A DNA stretch of 41,647 nucleotides. It comes from a bacterium. Lineage in GTDB: Bacteria > CLD3 > SB21. A program made the translations under genes and the position numbers. Numbering within the stretch: the first letter of the stretch is position 1; every line of letters begins with the position of its first letter. Location of the stretch: the NCBI GenBank assembly GCA_013360215.1, contig JABWCP010000028.1:1-41647 (forward strand), given 5' to 3'. The notes under the pieces were generated by a model. It worked only from the letters and a program-made list of their open reading frames with translations. It had not been told where the DNA came from and did no database searches. Positions 8,499-17,868 of the stretch are shown in pieces.

Positions 8499-9521
8499 CT
8501 ATAGGCGTGCCGCCGCTACTTTTTCAGAACCCGACATGACGAAAAAAGTGGCATCGTCGGTTAGGCTGTCAGTTTTGATATACGCTCGTGCGATGGGCGA
8601 GTGGTGACGATAGGAGTAACAAGCGCCGGTGATCAAACCGATTTCTTTATTATCCAAAAAAACTTTGTCGGCATAAGCGACTTCTTTTTCTATTTTAAAG
8701 GTAATCAATTGACGTTGTACTTTTTCACGACTATCCAGGCGTGCAATCACTTCTTGCCCGATATAGCACCCCTTGGTAAAACTGATGGCGCTTATCAATC
8801 CGGCTTCCAATGGATTATAGTTTTCTGATAACTCAAAATGGTACGCCGGTATGGCATCTTCGATGCGTACGGTTTCGTAGGTCATGCGTCCGCAGGGTTG
8901 TGCCACTGGAAGTAGTTTTTCGCACAACGCTTCGATAACAGAGGTTGGGCCAAAAAATTCAAATCCATTATTGGGATACGCCGCACATTGTGTATAGATG
9001 ATATCGCCTTCCTTCAAAAATACGTTCGTGTCCGGTATGGTTATTCCTATTTGATTAAGCGCTTGTGCGGCTTGGGGGCCGATAAGAAATACAGAGGAAA
9101 TGCTATCGGAAATATCATTTATCCGAACATCGTCCATGATGATGTATTTATCAAGCCATTGGGCGATCGTTGCTGACCGCTCCGCCGATATGCGAAGTGT
9201 CGTACTCTGATCGCCGTGGAATACACGCAATAAATCCATGATGCGACCACGATCGGAAGTGAGTACCGTTTGTTGTACGGTATTTGAATCCATGTTTTGA
9301 ATATCTTGCGTAGACAAACGATGTAGTACGCTCAGCGTGTGACGGCCTTGGAGCCGGAGTGTTCCGTAAAATGAAGTGTCTATAAGTACCGCTTGTTCAC
9401 GCGCCCGTCGGTATTCGGTTTCCGGATCATCATAATACGATACGAATGGTTGCGATTCCCCGTGTAGCGTGCTTTTCGGAGTGTCAGCTTTTTCAAATTG
9501 TTTGAACCACGGTATAGACAT
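8499..9521 (-). CDS. ygfZ: YgfZ/GcvT-like folate-binding protein (Fe-S cluster assembly/repair)
   Basis: Signature KGCYIGQE; GcvT-like N- and C-terminal regions. Confidence 0.88.
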   Translation of the reverse strand: MSIPWFKQFEKADTPKSTLHGESQPFVSYYDDPETEYRRAREQAVLIDTSFYGTLRLQGRHTLSVLHRLSTQDIQNMDSNTVQQTVLTSDRGRIMDLLRVFHGDQSTTLRISAERSATIAQWLDKYIIMDDVRINDISDSISSVFLIGPQAAQALNQIGITIPDTNVFLKEGDIIYTQCAAYPNNGFEFFGPTSVIEALCEKLLPVAQPCGRMTYETVRIEDAIPAYHFELSENYNPLEAGLISAISFTKGCYIGQEVIARLDSREKVQRQLITFKIEKEVAYADKVFLDNKEIGLITGACYSYRHHSPIARAYIKTDSLTDDATFFVMSGSEKVAAARL

Positions 9522-9552
9522 TATTGTTGCTTTCTATTCATATTTTGCGCTG

Positions 9553-9582
9553 CAATATACTTCATCCGTACGAACAGCGCAA
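9553..9582 (-). promoter_or_regulatory. ygfZ promoter, flanked by an 8-bp inverted repeat
   Basis: Minus strand TTGCGC-N17-TATATT(G); inverted repeat TTGCGCTG (9545-9552) / CAGCGCAA (9575-9582). Confidence 0.6.
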
Positions 9583-9612
9583 GCATGTCCGCGGTTTGAG
9601 GTAAATTCTCTT

Positions 9613-9642
9613 TTGATATTCCTTCGTTTTTCGTAAACTTTG
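9613..9642 (+). promoter_or_regulatory. Possible promoter of the yfhO-like operon
   Basis: TTGATA-N17-AACTTT(G); weaker match to the window consensus. Confidence 0.4.
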
Positions 9643-9675
9643 CCGCAATACCATCAATAACCTTTGAATCGGATT

Positions 9676-12195
9676 ATGGCAAAACTACAATCAAAAGAAC
9701 GGCAAAAAAAATCGGAAACTTCCACCGCGACGGGACTTCAAATCAAACCCTGGCAACAAACCGCGATCAGTATTCTTATTCTCTATGCACTCAATGTATT
9801 TCTTTTTAGTGATATTGTGATCAAAGGGAAAGCCTTTTCGAGCGGTGCGGATAATTCAGCGGCTACAGCGATCTCCCGCGGTATGGGCGAATTGGTCAAG
9901 CAAGAAGGTGATCTTCCGCTATGGAATCCCTTTATGTTTGCGGGCATGCCCAGTTTTGCCAGCGGTATGTACGGCAACCCTGACGCTACCCCACTGATCA
10001 AGTATCAGAAGTATTTTAACCCTTCGTATTATATTAGTTTGGTCGTTAATTTGTTTTTTGGTAACCGCGATAATGCGTGGGAAGTGGCGACGTTTTTTCT
10101 TGCCGGTGTATTTATGTTTTTACTGGCACGCAGTCTTGGATTTGGCCATTTAATAGCACTAACGGCGGCCGTTAGTTATATGTTTTGCAATTTTTTTGTC
10201 GCCTCGATGGCGGCCGGCCACGGCGGAAAAGTTCGTACGATCGCTTACATTCCGCTGGTCGTGTGGAGTGTTTTTAATTTTTTTCGAAGCCGTAGCGTAT
10301 GGACGTGGGCGATCATGGGACTTGTTCTGGGGTTATTTTTTCAGGAAGCGGCGCACACGCAAATCATTTATTATGCTTTTCTGATGCTGGGTATTTATTG
10401 CGTCGTTTATCTTCTGGACGAATTTCGTAACAATCTGTCGGGCGTGATTCGAAACGGTTTGGGCTTCTCCGCCGCGCTGATAACCGGCTTGGGGTTTGGC
10501 GCGCTTGGCCAAATTGCACTGTATGTGTATTCCGATGTTACGATGCGGAGTATGGGGCCGGCATTTGCCGAAACTACGGAAATGGCCGGTGCCGGTGGTA
10601 TGACATTTGACTATATCACGATGTGGTCATTTCATCCGCTGGAATCCGTTACATTTTTTATACCGGGCTACTTTGGACTTGAAAGCCCGTATTATTGGGG
10701 TTGGATGACGTTTACTTCGTCGGCTTTTTATTTTGGTTTGCTGCCGATGGTGGCCGCAGTTTTTGGAATTTTGTATCGACGCAATACGATCACTAAAGCG
10801 ATGGTATTTACGGCGTTGCTGGCCTTGCTTATCGCATTCGGGAAATTCTTTGAACCATTTTTCAAACTTATGCTTTCGATCTTGCCGTTTTTCGAAAAGT
10901 TCCGTGTTCCATCCATGATTCTCACGCTTTTTATTTTTGCTGTAACCGTACTGTCGTGCTACGGTTTGGATTATATTTTTAATCCGACGGAAGAGGAACG
11001 CAAACGCAGAGGCGGTTTAGAAAAAATTTCACTCTATGTCATGGGTGGAATTGCTGTGCTGGGTGTAGTTTCATTATTGATGCCCGATTTCTGGTCCGGT
11101 ATGGCCGGTTTTTTGGCCGACGGCGATGCGCAGCGATATAATGCCAATCAGATCGCACAATTAAAAAAATTGCGTTTGGATGCACTCAATAGCGGTGTAA
11201 TTCGATTTGCCGTGCTGGGTGTGATCATATTCGGCGCGTTATATCTTTATATGAAGGAAAAAATCGGTGCCGGCTTGGCATTGATGATTCTGCTTATGGT
11301 GAATATCACAGATACGATCAGTCTCAACATGAAAACGCTCCGTCCGGTTTCGCGCGCAGCTACGCAACAGGAATTTCAGGAGACGGAAACCATTCGTTTT
11401 CTTCACTCGGATACGACGCGGTTTCGCGTTTTTTCTTTGCTCGAGCACGCCCAATCGGGATCGCCGGTGTGGAATTATTTTGGTGTTGAAAGTCTGAGCG
11501 GGTATAGCCCTGCTAAAATGCGTATCTATCAGGATGTCATCGAATTTTCGATGTACAAAGGTCCGGATCCGCAGTTTCCGATTAATATGAATGTAGTCAA
11601 CATGCTCAACGCTAAATACATTTTAGCCAACGGACGTTTGCCGGAAGGTATGGGTTTTCTGATGCGCAAAATAGATGAAGCGGGGAAAACACTCATTTAT
11701 GAAAATAAAAACGTTTTACCGCGTGCCTATTTTGTTTCATCCGTAGAAACGATCGGCGAACGCCAGCAAGCCTTGCTGCGCCTTAACAGTGTTGACTTTG
11801 ATGTGCATCGCTCGGCATTTACAGACAAAGCGATCAAAACGCCGATAACGCCGTTTGATTCGGCTAAAGCGGAGATAACGCAATGGATGACGGACAAAAT
11901 TTCGATTTCAGCGTTTGTAGATAAACCGGGATTTATGGTGTTGAGCGAAACATATTATCCGCATGGCTGGAAAGCTTATGTGGACGGACAGGAGACGGAG
12001 ATTTATAAAACAAATTATATTCTGCGCGGCATTCAGGTACCGGCGGGACAACATACGATCGAATTTAGATTTGAACCGGCTGAATATACGGCCGGCATTT
12101 GGGCCAGCACGATTTCATTTTTTGGTGTGATCGGATTATTAGTAGTCGGCGGAGTTATGCAATATCGCCGACTGCAAAAAGAGCCGAAATCTTGA
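9676..12195 (+). CDS. YfhO-family polytopic membrane protein (GT-C-like)
   Basis: PLWNPFMFAGMP, many TM helices, FRVP, LPRAY, and LSETYYPHGWKAYVDG...GQHTIEFRF C-terminus. ATG 9676 preferred over TTG 9664. Confidence 0.85.
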   Translation: MAKLQSKERQKKSETSTATGLQIKPWQQTAISILILYALNVFLFSDIVIKGKAFSSGADNSAATAISRGMGELVKQEGDLPLWNPFMFAGMPSFASGMYGNPDATPLIKYQKYFNPSYYISLVVNLFFGNRDNAWEVATFFLAGVFMFLLARSLGFGHLIALTAAVSYMFCNFFVASMAAGHGGKVRTIAYIPLVVWSVFNFFRSRSVWTWAIMGLVLGLFFQEAAHTQIIYYAFLMLGIYCVVYLLDEFRNNLSGVIRNGLGFSAALITGLGFGALGQIALYVYSDVTMRSMGPAFAETTEMAGAGGMTFDYITMWSFHPLESVTFFIPGYFGLESPYYWGWMTFTSSAFYFGLLPMVAAVFGILYRRNTITKAMVFTALLALLIAFGKFFEPFFKLMLSILPFFEKFRVPSMILTLFIFAVTVLSCYGLDYIFNPTEEERKRRGGLEKISLYVMGGIAVLGVVSLLMPDFWSGMAGFLADGDAQRYNANQIAQLKKLRLDALNSGVIRFAVLGVIIFGALYLYMKEKIGAGLALMILLMVNITDTISLNMKTLRPVSRAATQQEFQETETIRFLHSDTTRFRVFSLLEHAQSGSPVWNYFGVESLSGYSPAKMRIYQDVIEFSMYKGPDPQFPINMNVVNMLNAKYILANGRLPEGMGFLMRKIDEAGKTLIYENKNVLPRAYFVSSVETIGERQQALLRLNSVDFDVHRSAFTDKAIKTPITPFDSAKAEITQWMTDKISISAFVDKPGFMVLSETYYPHGWKAYVDGQETEIYKTNYILRGIQVPAGQHTIEFRFEPAEYTAGIWASTISFFGVIGLLVVGGVMQYRRLQKEPKS

Positions 12196-12226
12196 TTTGG
12201 GATTTATCTTAAAAAGAGGTGTTATC

Positions 12227-13270
12227 ATGAAAATGTTTTGGTTTTTTTTACTTTCTGTGCTGACCGTAAGTTCGTCCCAAGCACAGGAGGAGTATATGAC
12301 GCAAACTTTGAATCTCAAAGTGTATGTCAAATTGATCAACGATGTTCAGCCCTTACTGGACAGGACCATCGAAGAAACGGGAAGTCGTATTTTGTCTTCC
12401 ACGCAAGGCAGCTTACAATATAATACAACAGCTAATTCGCTTCGAATGACCATTTGGTCTTCGGCGGCGGGGTTTGTCAAACTACAACAAACGATCAAAT
12501 CACTGGGTCTTGTTCGCCATCACGAGATTACCACGGTCAATAATGCGGATATTCTGGCATCGCTTGAAATGGAATTGGATCATCTCAATAAAAAGAAGCA
12601 ATCGTATGAGAGTGAAATCAGCCGCATAGATGCATCGAGTGAAAAGCACGGTTTTTTATGGGACGAATTGCGCACGATCGAAGATCGGATATTTGAAACA
12701 GAGCGATCTATTTTAGAAAAAAAGCAGCAGACGTCCAATTATGTGATCGAACTCGAGGTCATCGAAGAATCGTATGCCCCGTTTGAAGATGCTCAAGATG
12801 TTCAGTTTGTCAATATGCCCGGTTTTGAGTACGCCGAACTGCGTATCGAAAATCCGCTGAATACGGTTTCGCACAAAACGTACCGAGGCGGCATGGTCAA
12901 ATATCTTTTTACAAAAGGTAAGAGCTACGTTCGTTTTGGTGTTTTACGCAGTGGTCTGGATGGCGCAACACCGGAAGAAATCGAGGAACTTTTCTTTTAC
13001 AGTTTTGGCCAAGATTTTTATCCGCGCTATTTTGGCCGAGGTGCACGTTCGTTTGCCAATCTATATACGGGTTATAGCACGGGCGGTGTTTTTGCGACAG
13101 CCGATGACCGTCGAAAAAATGTTTTTTTTCTGATGCCGCATATCGGTCTGGAACTGTATAAAACCCGCTTTATTTTGTGGGATACTCAAGCCGGATATTT
13201 TATCCCGTTTTATCAAAACCGCAATTTTCGCGGCATAGCAGGTCATATGTCGTTTAACTTTGTATTTTGA
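12227..13270 (+). CDS. Exported protein: DUF4349-like coiled-coil region plus C-terminal beta-rich (outer-membrane barrel-like) domain
   Basis: GAGG RBS before ATG 12227; signal peptide ending AQ/QA; coiled coil ELRTIEDRIFETE; alternating aromatic strands ending SFNFVF. Confidence 0.55.
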   Translation: MKMFWFFLLSVLTVSSSQAQEEYMTQTLNLKVYVKLINDVQPLLDRTIEETGSRILSSTQGSLQYNTTANSLRMTIWSSAAGFVKLQQTIKSLGLVRHHEITTVNNADILASLEMELDHLNKKKQSYESEISRIDASSEKHGFLWDELRTIEDRIFETERSILEKKQQTSNYVIELEVIEESYAPFEDAQDVQFVNMPGFEYAELRIENPLNTVSHKTYRGGMVKYLFTKGKSYVRFGVLRSGLDGATPEEIEELFFYSFGQDFYPRYFGRGARSFANLYTGYSTGGVFATADDRRKNVFFLMPHIGLELYKTRFILWDTQAGYFIPFYQNRNFRGIAGHMSFNFVF

Positions 13271-13277
13271 GATCACT

Positions 13278-15791
13278 ATGAAAATTTGGGTTCGCCGTAC
13301 GCTATTTGGTTTAACCGCATTGTTACTGGTTCTGACAGGGCTTGTACTTTTCGGTTATTTTGCTGCGCGCAAAAGTTTACCGCAGACCGAGGGGCAGCTT
13401 TCACTCAGAGGATTGTCGGCACCGGTGACTGTTTACCGTGATGAATTTGCCGTACCGCATATTGATGCGTCTGGCGAAACAGACCTGATGCGGGCGACGG
13501 GTTATGTGCAAGCGCAGGATCGTTTGTGGCAAATGGATTTGCTCCGTCGTATTGCCGAAGGACGCTTGAGCGAACGTTTTGGTACAAAAACCTTAAGCGT
13601 AGATAAAGCGCTGCGTACTATAGGTTTTATGCGTATGGCGACCATGCTCAAAGACAGTTTGCCGCCCGATGTTATGTCGCTTTTACAGGCTTACGCGGAT
13701 GGCGTGAATGCCTTTATAGAAGAAAATAAGGGGAACTATCCTCCGGAATTTACACTGATTGATTTTACCCCGGAGGCGTGGAAGCCTGAGCATTCGATCG
13801 CGCTGTCACGACTACTTGGTTGGCAGCTGAGCATGGGATGGCATGTGGATGTCACATACGATCGTATTTTGGATACGGTTGGTTTTGCTAAATTGCAGGA
13901 GATTCTTCCGCGTTTTCCGGCAGATGCACCGACTATCGTACCAATGGTTCCACCTGATTACAATGCTAAATCCATTTTGAATGGCATTTCAGAAAACACA
14001 TATCGTGAAGAACATTTTCGCCCCGCTCCAAAAGCCGCAGCGGCGGAACTGCGCCATTTTGCCGATGCCCTATATGAAGTTAAAAAGATCATCGGCATCG
14101 AAGGATTTAGTGTAGGAAGCAATAATTGGGTTGTATCCGGCGCACGGTCAGTTTCCGGTAAACCGTTACTGGCCAATGATCCGCACCTGGGGCACGCGAT
14201 GCCGCCGACTTGGTATGAGATGCATCTGCGCGGAGGAAGATTGGATGTAGCCGGTTTCACGCTGCCCGGTGTGCCGCTTATCGTTTTAGGGAATAACAAT
14301 CGGATAGCCTGGGGTTTTACCAATGTGATGATGGATGATGCAGACTTTTACCGTGAGCAGATCCGTGACAGCATGTATTATTTCAACGGCGCTTGGCGTA
14401 AGCTCGAATGGGCGGAAGAAAAAATTGTGATTTATGATTCGACCGATGTTGTATTCCGCATTCCGATGACACACCGTGGGCCGATCGTACAAGGGTTTTA
14501 TGCCAATGTTTCGGGTAGCGAAGCGATTTCGGTGCGATGGAGCGGATATGAAGCCACGCGGGAAGTAGAGGCGATGCTGGGAATGAATATCGCGCAGGAT
14601 TGGACCGGTTTTCGCAAAGCCGCTTCCGAATTTAAAATACCGGCGCAAAATATCGTGTATGCAGATGTGGACGGACATATTGCGTATCAATGTGTGGGGA
14701 ACATTCCATTGCGGCGCAATGGTAACGGCATTTCTATTTTGGACGGAAGCGTATTACAGAATGATTGGGCCGGTTATTTACCTTTTGAATCGAATCCATA
14801 CCGACTTGACCCGCCCGAAGGTTTTATTGCCAGTGCTAATAACAAAACGGCCGGCGATTGGTTCCCGTATTTCATCTCCAATTATTGGGAGCATCCGTCG
14901 CGCATCAAACGCATTCATGATTTTATGAATGGGCAGGAAAAATTTAGTTCTGCCGATTTCCAAAAATTTCAAAATGACTTTTATTCGTATCACGCATTAG
15001 AAGTGATTCCGTATATCCTTGAAGCGTGCAGTAAGGATTCGAATTTTACAAAACAAGATCTTGAGCATGTATCCAATTATCGCTATAACGAATCGTATTT
15101 ATTTCTGAAGCATTGGGATGGTCGTATGCATGCGGACAGCCGGGGTGCGGCAATTTTTAATGTTTTTTTCAGGCGATTGACGCGCAACCTCTATTCGGAT
15201 GAAATGGGGGATGATCTGTATCGCGATTTTGTAAAATTGACGAATATTCCAACACGGGTGACAACGCAACTCCTGCAACTTCCAAAGTCAGCATGGTGGG
15301 ATAATGTACGAACCCGCGACATAGAAGACCGCGATGCCATACTTCGTATTACGATGACGGAAACGGTGGATGAATTAACGGCCGATTTGGGCAGCGAGCC
15401 CGGCGGATGGGCGTGGGGTAAAATTCATCATGTTGAATTTGAACATTTCGTAGGGCGACAGAAGCCATTGAATTATCTTTTTAATGTCGGTCCGTTTGCG
15501 GTCGGCGGTAATACTACGACTATCAATAATACCGAATTTAATTACAGTGACTCCACCTACAAAGCCGTGATCGGTGCGAGTATGCGCCGCATCGTAGATC
15601 TTGCCGATATACAGCATCCGAAAACGGTCTTGACCGTCGGACAAAGCGGCCAACCGTTTAGTCTCCACAACGATGATCAGGTTCGTATGTGGCTTGACGG
15701 GCAGTATAAGATACTCAATTTGGATTGGGGCGCTCTGCGCAATAACCCGTCGCATCACCGGCTGATATTGATGCCTCCGAATGCAAAATAA
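13278..15791 (+). CDS. Penicillin acylase family Ntn-hydrolase (peptidase S45)
   Basis: AQDRLWQMD, GSNNW (beta-chain nucleophile Ser at ~14118), LLANDPHL, QNIVYAD, GQSG; N-terminal membrane anchor. Confidence 0.93.
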   Translation: MKIWVRRTLFGLTALLLVLTGLVLFGYFAARKSLPQTEGQLSLRGLSAPVTVYRDEFAVPHIDASGETDLMRATGYVQAQDRLWQMDLLRRIAEGRLSERFGTKTLSVDKALRTIGFMRMATMLKDSLPPDVMSLLQAYADGVNAFIEENKGNYPPEFTLIDFTPEAWKPEHSIALSRLLGWQLSMGWHVDVTYDRILDTVGFAKLQEILPRFPADAPTIVPMVPPDYNAKSILNGISENTYREEHFRPAPKAAAAELRHFADALYEVKKIIGIEGFSVGSNNWVVSGARSVSGKPLLANDPHLGHAMPPTWYEMHLRGGRLDVAGFTLPGVPLIVLGNNNRIAWGFTNVMMDDADFYREQIRDSMYYFNGAWRKLEWAEEKIVIYDSTDVVFRIPMTHRGPIVQGFYANVSGSEAISVRWSGYEATREVEAMLGMNIAQDWTGFRKAASEFKIPAQNIVYADVDGHIAYQCVGNIPLRRNGNGISILDGSVLQNDWAGYLPFESNPYRLDPPEGFIASANNKTAGDWFPYFISNYWEHPSRIKRIHDFMNGQEKFSSADFQKFQNDFYSYHALEVIPYILEACSKDSNFTKQDLEHVSNYRYNESYLFLKHWDGRMHADSRGAAIFNVFFRRLTRNLYSDEMGDDLYRDFVKLTNIPTRVTTQLLQLPKSAWWDNVRTRDIEDRDAILRITMTETVDELTADLGSEPGGWAWGKIHHVEFEHFVGRQKPLNYLFNVGPFAVGGNTTTINNTEFNYSDSTYKAVIGASMRRIVDLADIQHPKTVLTVGQSGQPFSLHNDDQVRMWLDGQYKILNLDWGALRNNPSHHRLILMPPNAK

Positions 15792-15829
15792 ATTTTATAA
15801 AATAATTTCACTGTAAACATAAAGGCGTT

Positions 15830-16309
15830 ATGGATATTCGTATAGGACAAGGTTACGATGTGCATCGGCTTGCGGAAGGCCGTAAGATGATATTGGGCGG
15901 AGTGGAAATTCCTGCGGACAAAGGCCCTTTGGGGCACTCGGATGCGGATGTACTGCTGCATGCGATCTGCGATGCGCTTTTGGGGGCTATCGGCCTCGGC
16001 GACATCGGTAAACATTTCCCGGACACCGATCAAGCCTACAAAAATATTTCCAGCCTTATTTTACTTGAAAAAGTTTACGCGTTGATCACCGAGCGAAATT
16101 ATCGCGTAGGAAATGTGGATGCGACATTAGTTTTACAGAAACCTAAAATTGCGCCGCATGTGCCGGCTATGAAAAAAAACATAGCTGCGGTTTTGCATGT
16201 CGAAGAGGAACGGGTGTCAATCAAAGCCACGACCTCGGAAGAACTTGGGTTTGTCGGTGCAGGTGACGGAGTTGTAGCGTATGCCGTCGCGTTGGTTTTT
16301 AAATCCTGA
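15830..16309 (+). CDS. ispF: 2-C-methyl-D-erythritol 2,4-cyclodiphosphate synthase
   Basis: RIGQGYDVH, GHSDADVLLHAICDALLGA, KATTSE. Confidence 0.97.
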   Translation: MDIRIGQGYDVHRLAEGRKMILGGVEIPADKGPLGHSDADVLLHAICDALLGAIGLGDIGKHFPDTDQAYKNISSLILLEKVYALITERNYRVGNVDATLVLQKPKIAPHVPAMKKNIAAVLHVEEERVSIKATTSEELGFVGAGDGVVAYAVALVFKS

Positions 16310-17551
16310 TCAGATTCGTTGATTTTTTGATATCACGACGATGCCTGATGGCGTCACAAAAAATCGTTTTTTATCCTCTTCAAGATTGTAGCCGATTTCC
16401 GAATTCTCCGGGATGACGACATTTTTGTCTATGATCGCACGTTTGATTTTCGAATTGCGCCCGACGCTGACATTATTGAAAAGAATGGATTCGTCGACGC
16501 TCGAATAACTGTGGATACGGACATTGGGTGAAAGCAAGGATCGTGTTACACGACCGCCGGAAATAATCACGCCGCCCGAAACGATCGAATCAAGCGCCAC
16601 GCCCATACGTCCGCCTTCTTGCGGTTCGGAAAACACATTTTTAGCCGGCGGGTATTGTCCCTGGTATGTGCGTATCGGCCAGTCTATGTCGTACAGGTTG
16701 AATGTCGGTGAAACGGAAATCAAGTCCATGCTTGTATCAAAATAACTATCCAGTGTACCGATGTCGCGCCAATAGGGTTGACCGGCCTTATTCTCGTCTT
16801 CAAAATTATAGGCTGTCACTTTGTATTTACCGAGCATGGAAGGAATGACATTTTTACCGAAGTCGTGGGCCGAATCTTTTAGTTTGGCATCATCTACCAA
16901 AACGTGTGCCATCGCATCGGCGCTAAAAATATAAATACCCATATTGACGTAACAGAAATCAGGTTTGTTCGGAAGCGGTTTGGGTTCTTTGGGTTTTTCC
17001 TGGAATTCGATGATATCATTGTCCTCATTGACCACCATCACGCCAAACTGATGGGCTTGATCGCGTTGAAATTCGATCCCGGCAATGGTCAGATCGGCTT
17101 GTTTGGCAATGTGGTACTGAAGCATTTTGAGATAATCCATCTTGTAAATGTGATCACCGGAGAGAATGATCACATATTCCGGTTTATCATCTTGCAGCAC
17201 ATGAAGATTTTGAAATACGGCATCGGCCGTGCCCTGATACCAGTGATTGGCCGTACGAAATTGCGGCGGAATGCAGTAAATATATTCACCGAGTTCCCCG
17301 TTGAGAAAACTCCAGCCTTCGCGGATATGCGTATCGAGCGATTGCGATTTGTATTGGGTAATCAGATATATTTTACGAAAACCGGAATTGATCGCGTTAC
17401 TGAGTGCAAAATCAATGATGCGGTATTTCCCGCCAAACGGGACAGCAGGTTTGGAGCGATCTTTGGTGAGAGGATATAGACGTTCGCCTTGACCGCCGGC
17501 CAAAATAATAGCGAGGGTCTTGCGGAAAAGCGATGATGAAATCGGCGTCAT
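16310..17551 (-). CDS. glgC: Glucose-1-phosphate adenylyltransferase
   Basis: LAGGQGERLYPLT..RSKPAVPFGG, WYQGTADAV, GDHIYKMDY, FQEKP, DFGKNVIP. Confidence 0.97.
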   Translation of the reverse strand: MTPISSSLFRKTLAIILAGGQGERLYPLTKDRSKPAVPFGGKYRIIDFALSNAINSGFRKIYLITQYKSQSLDTHIREGWSFLNGELGEYIYCIPPQFRTANHWYQGTADAVFQNLHVLQDDKPEYVIILSGDHIYKMDYLKMLQYHIAKQADLTIAGIEFQRDQAHQFGVMVVNEDNDIIEFQEKPKEPKPLPNKPDFCYVNMGIYIFSADAMAHVLVDDAKLKDSAHDFGKNVIPSMLGKYKVTAYNFEDENKAGQPYWRDIGTLDSYFDTSMDLISVSPTFNLYDIDWPIRTYQGQYPPAKNVFSEPQEGGRMGVALDSIVSGGVIISGGRVTRSLLSPNVRIHSYSSVDESILFNNVSVGRNSKIKRAIIDKNVVIPENSEIGYNLEEDKKRFFVTPSGIVVISKNQRI

Positions 17552-17610
17552 GCCATGCTCCCGTTCAGTAGTTAGATGTATTCCGTTGAGAACAGATAGA
17601 TTAGTTTTTA

Positions 17611-17639
17611 AATGTATTAAAGTCGCGGGCGAAGTCCAA
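17611..17639 (-). promoter_or_regulatory. glgC promoter
   Basis: Minus strand TTGGAC-N17-TACATT. Confidence 0.5.
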
Positions 17640-17767
17640 ATATTTTTTCTAAGCGTGCGCCATTACAAAAACAGTCTTTCTTTAAGTCATACTAACGCAC
17701 AGCTATTATCACTGGATTTCCATAGAAAAAGCGATTTGAGTACTGAATGGGCCGAATTAGTTTTTCG

Positions 17768-17797
17768 TTGCATTCCTATAGCGCTATACGTAATTTG
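17768..17797 (+). promoter_or_regulatory. dxs promoter with palindromic spacer
   Basis: TTGCAT-N17-TAATTT(G); perfect palindrome TATAGCGCTATA at 17777-17788. Confidence 0.55.
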
Positions 17798-17868
17798 CGC
17801 CCGTTATGTGTTAGCTTTAGAGTTAAAAGCTTCTAAGGCGTTGTTTACCACTGTTTGGAGCGAATGGC

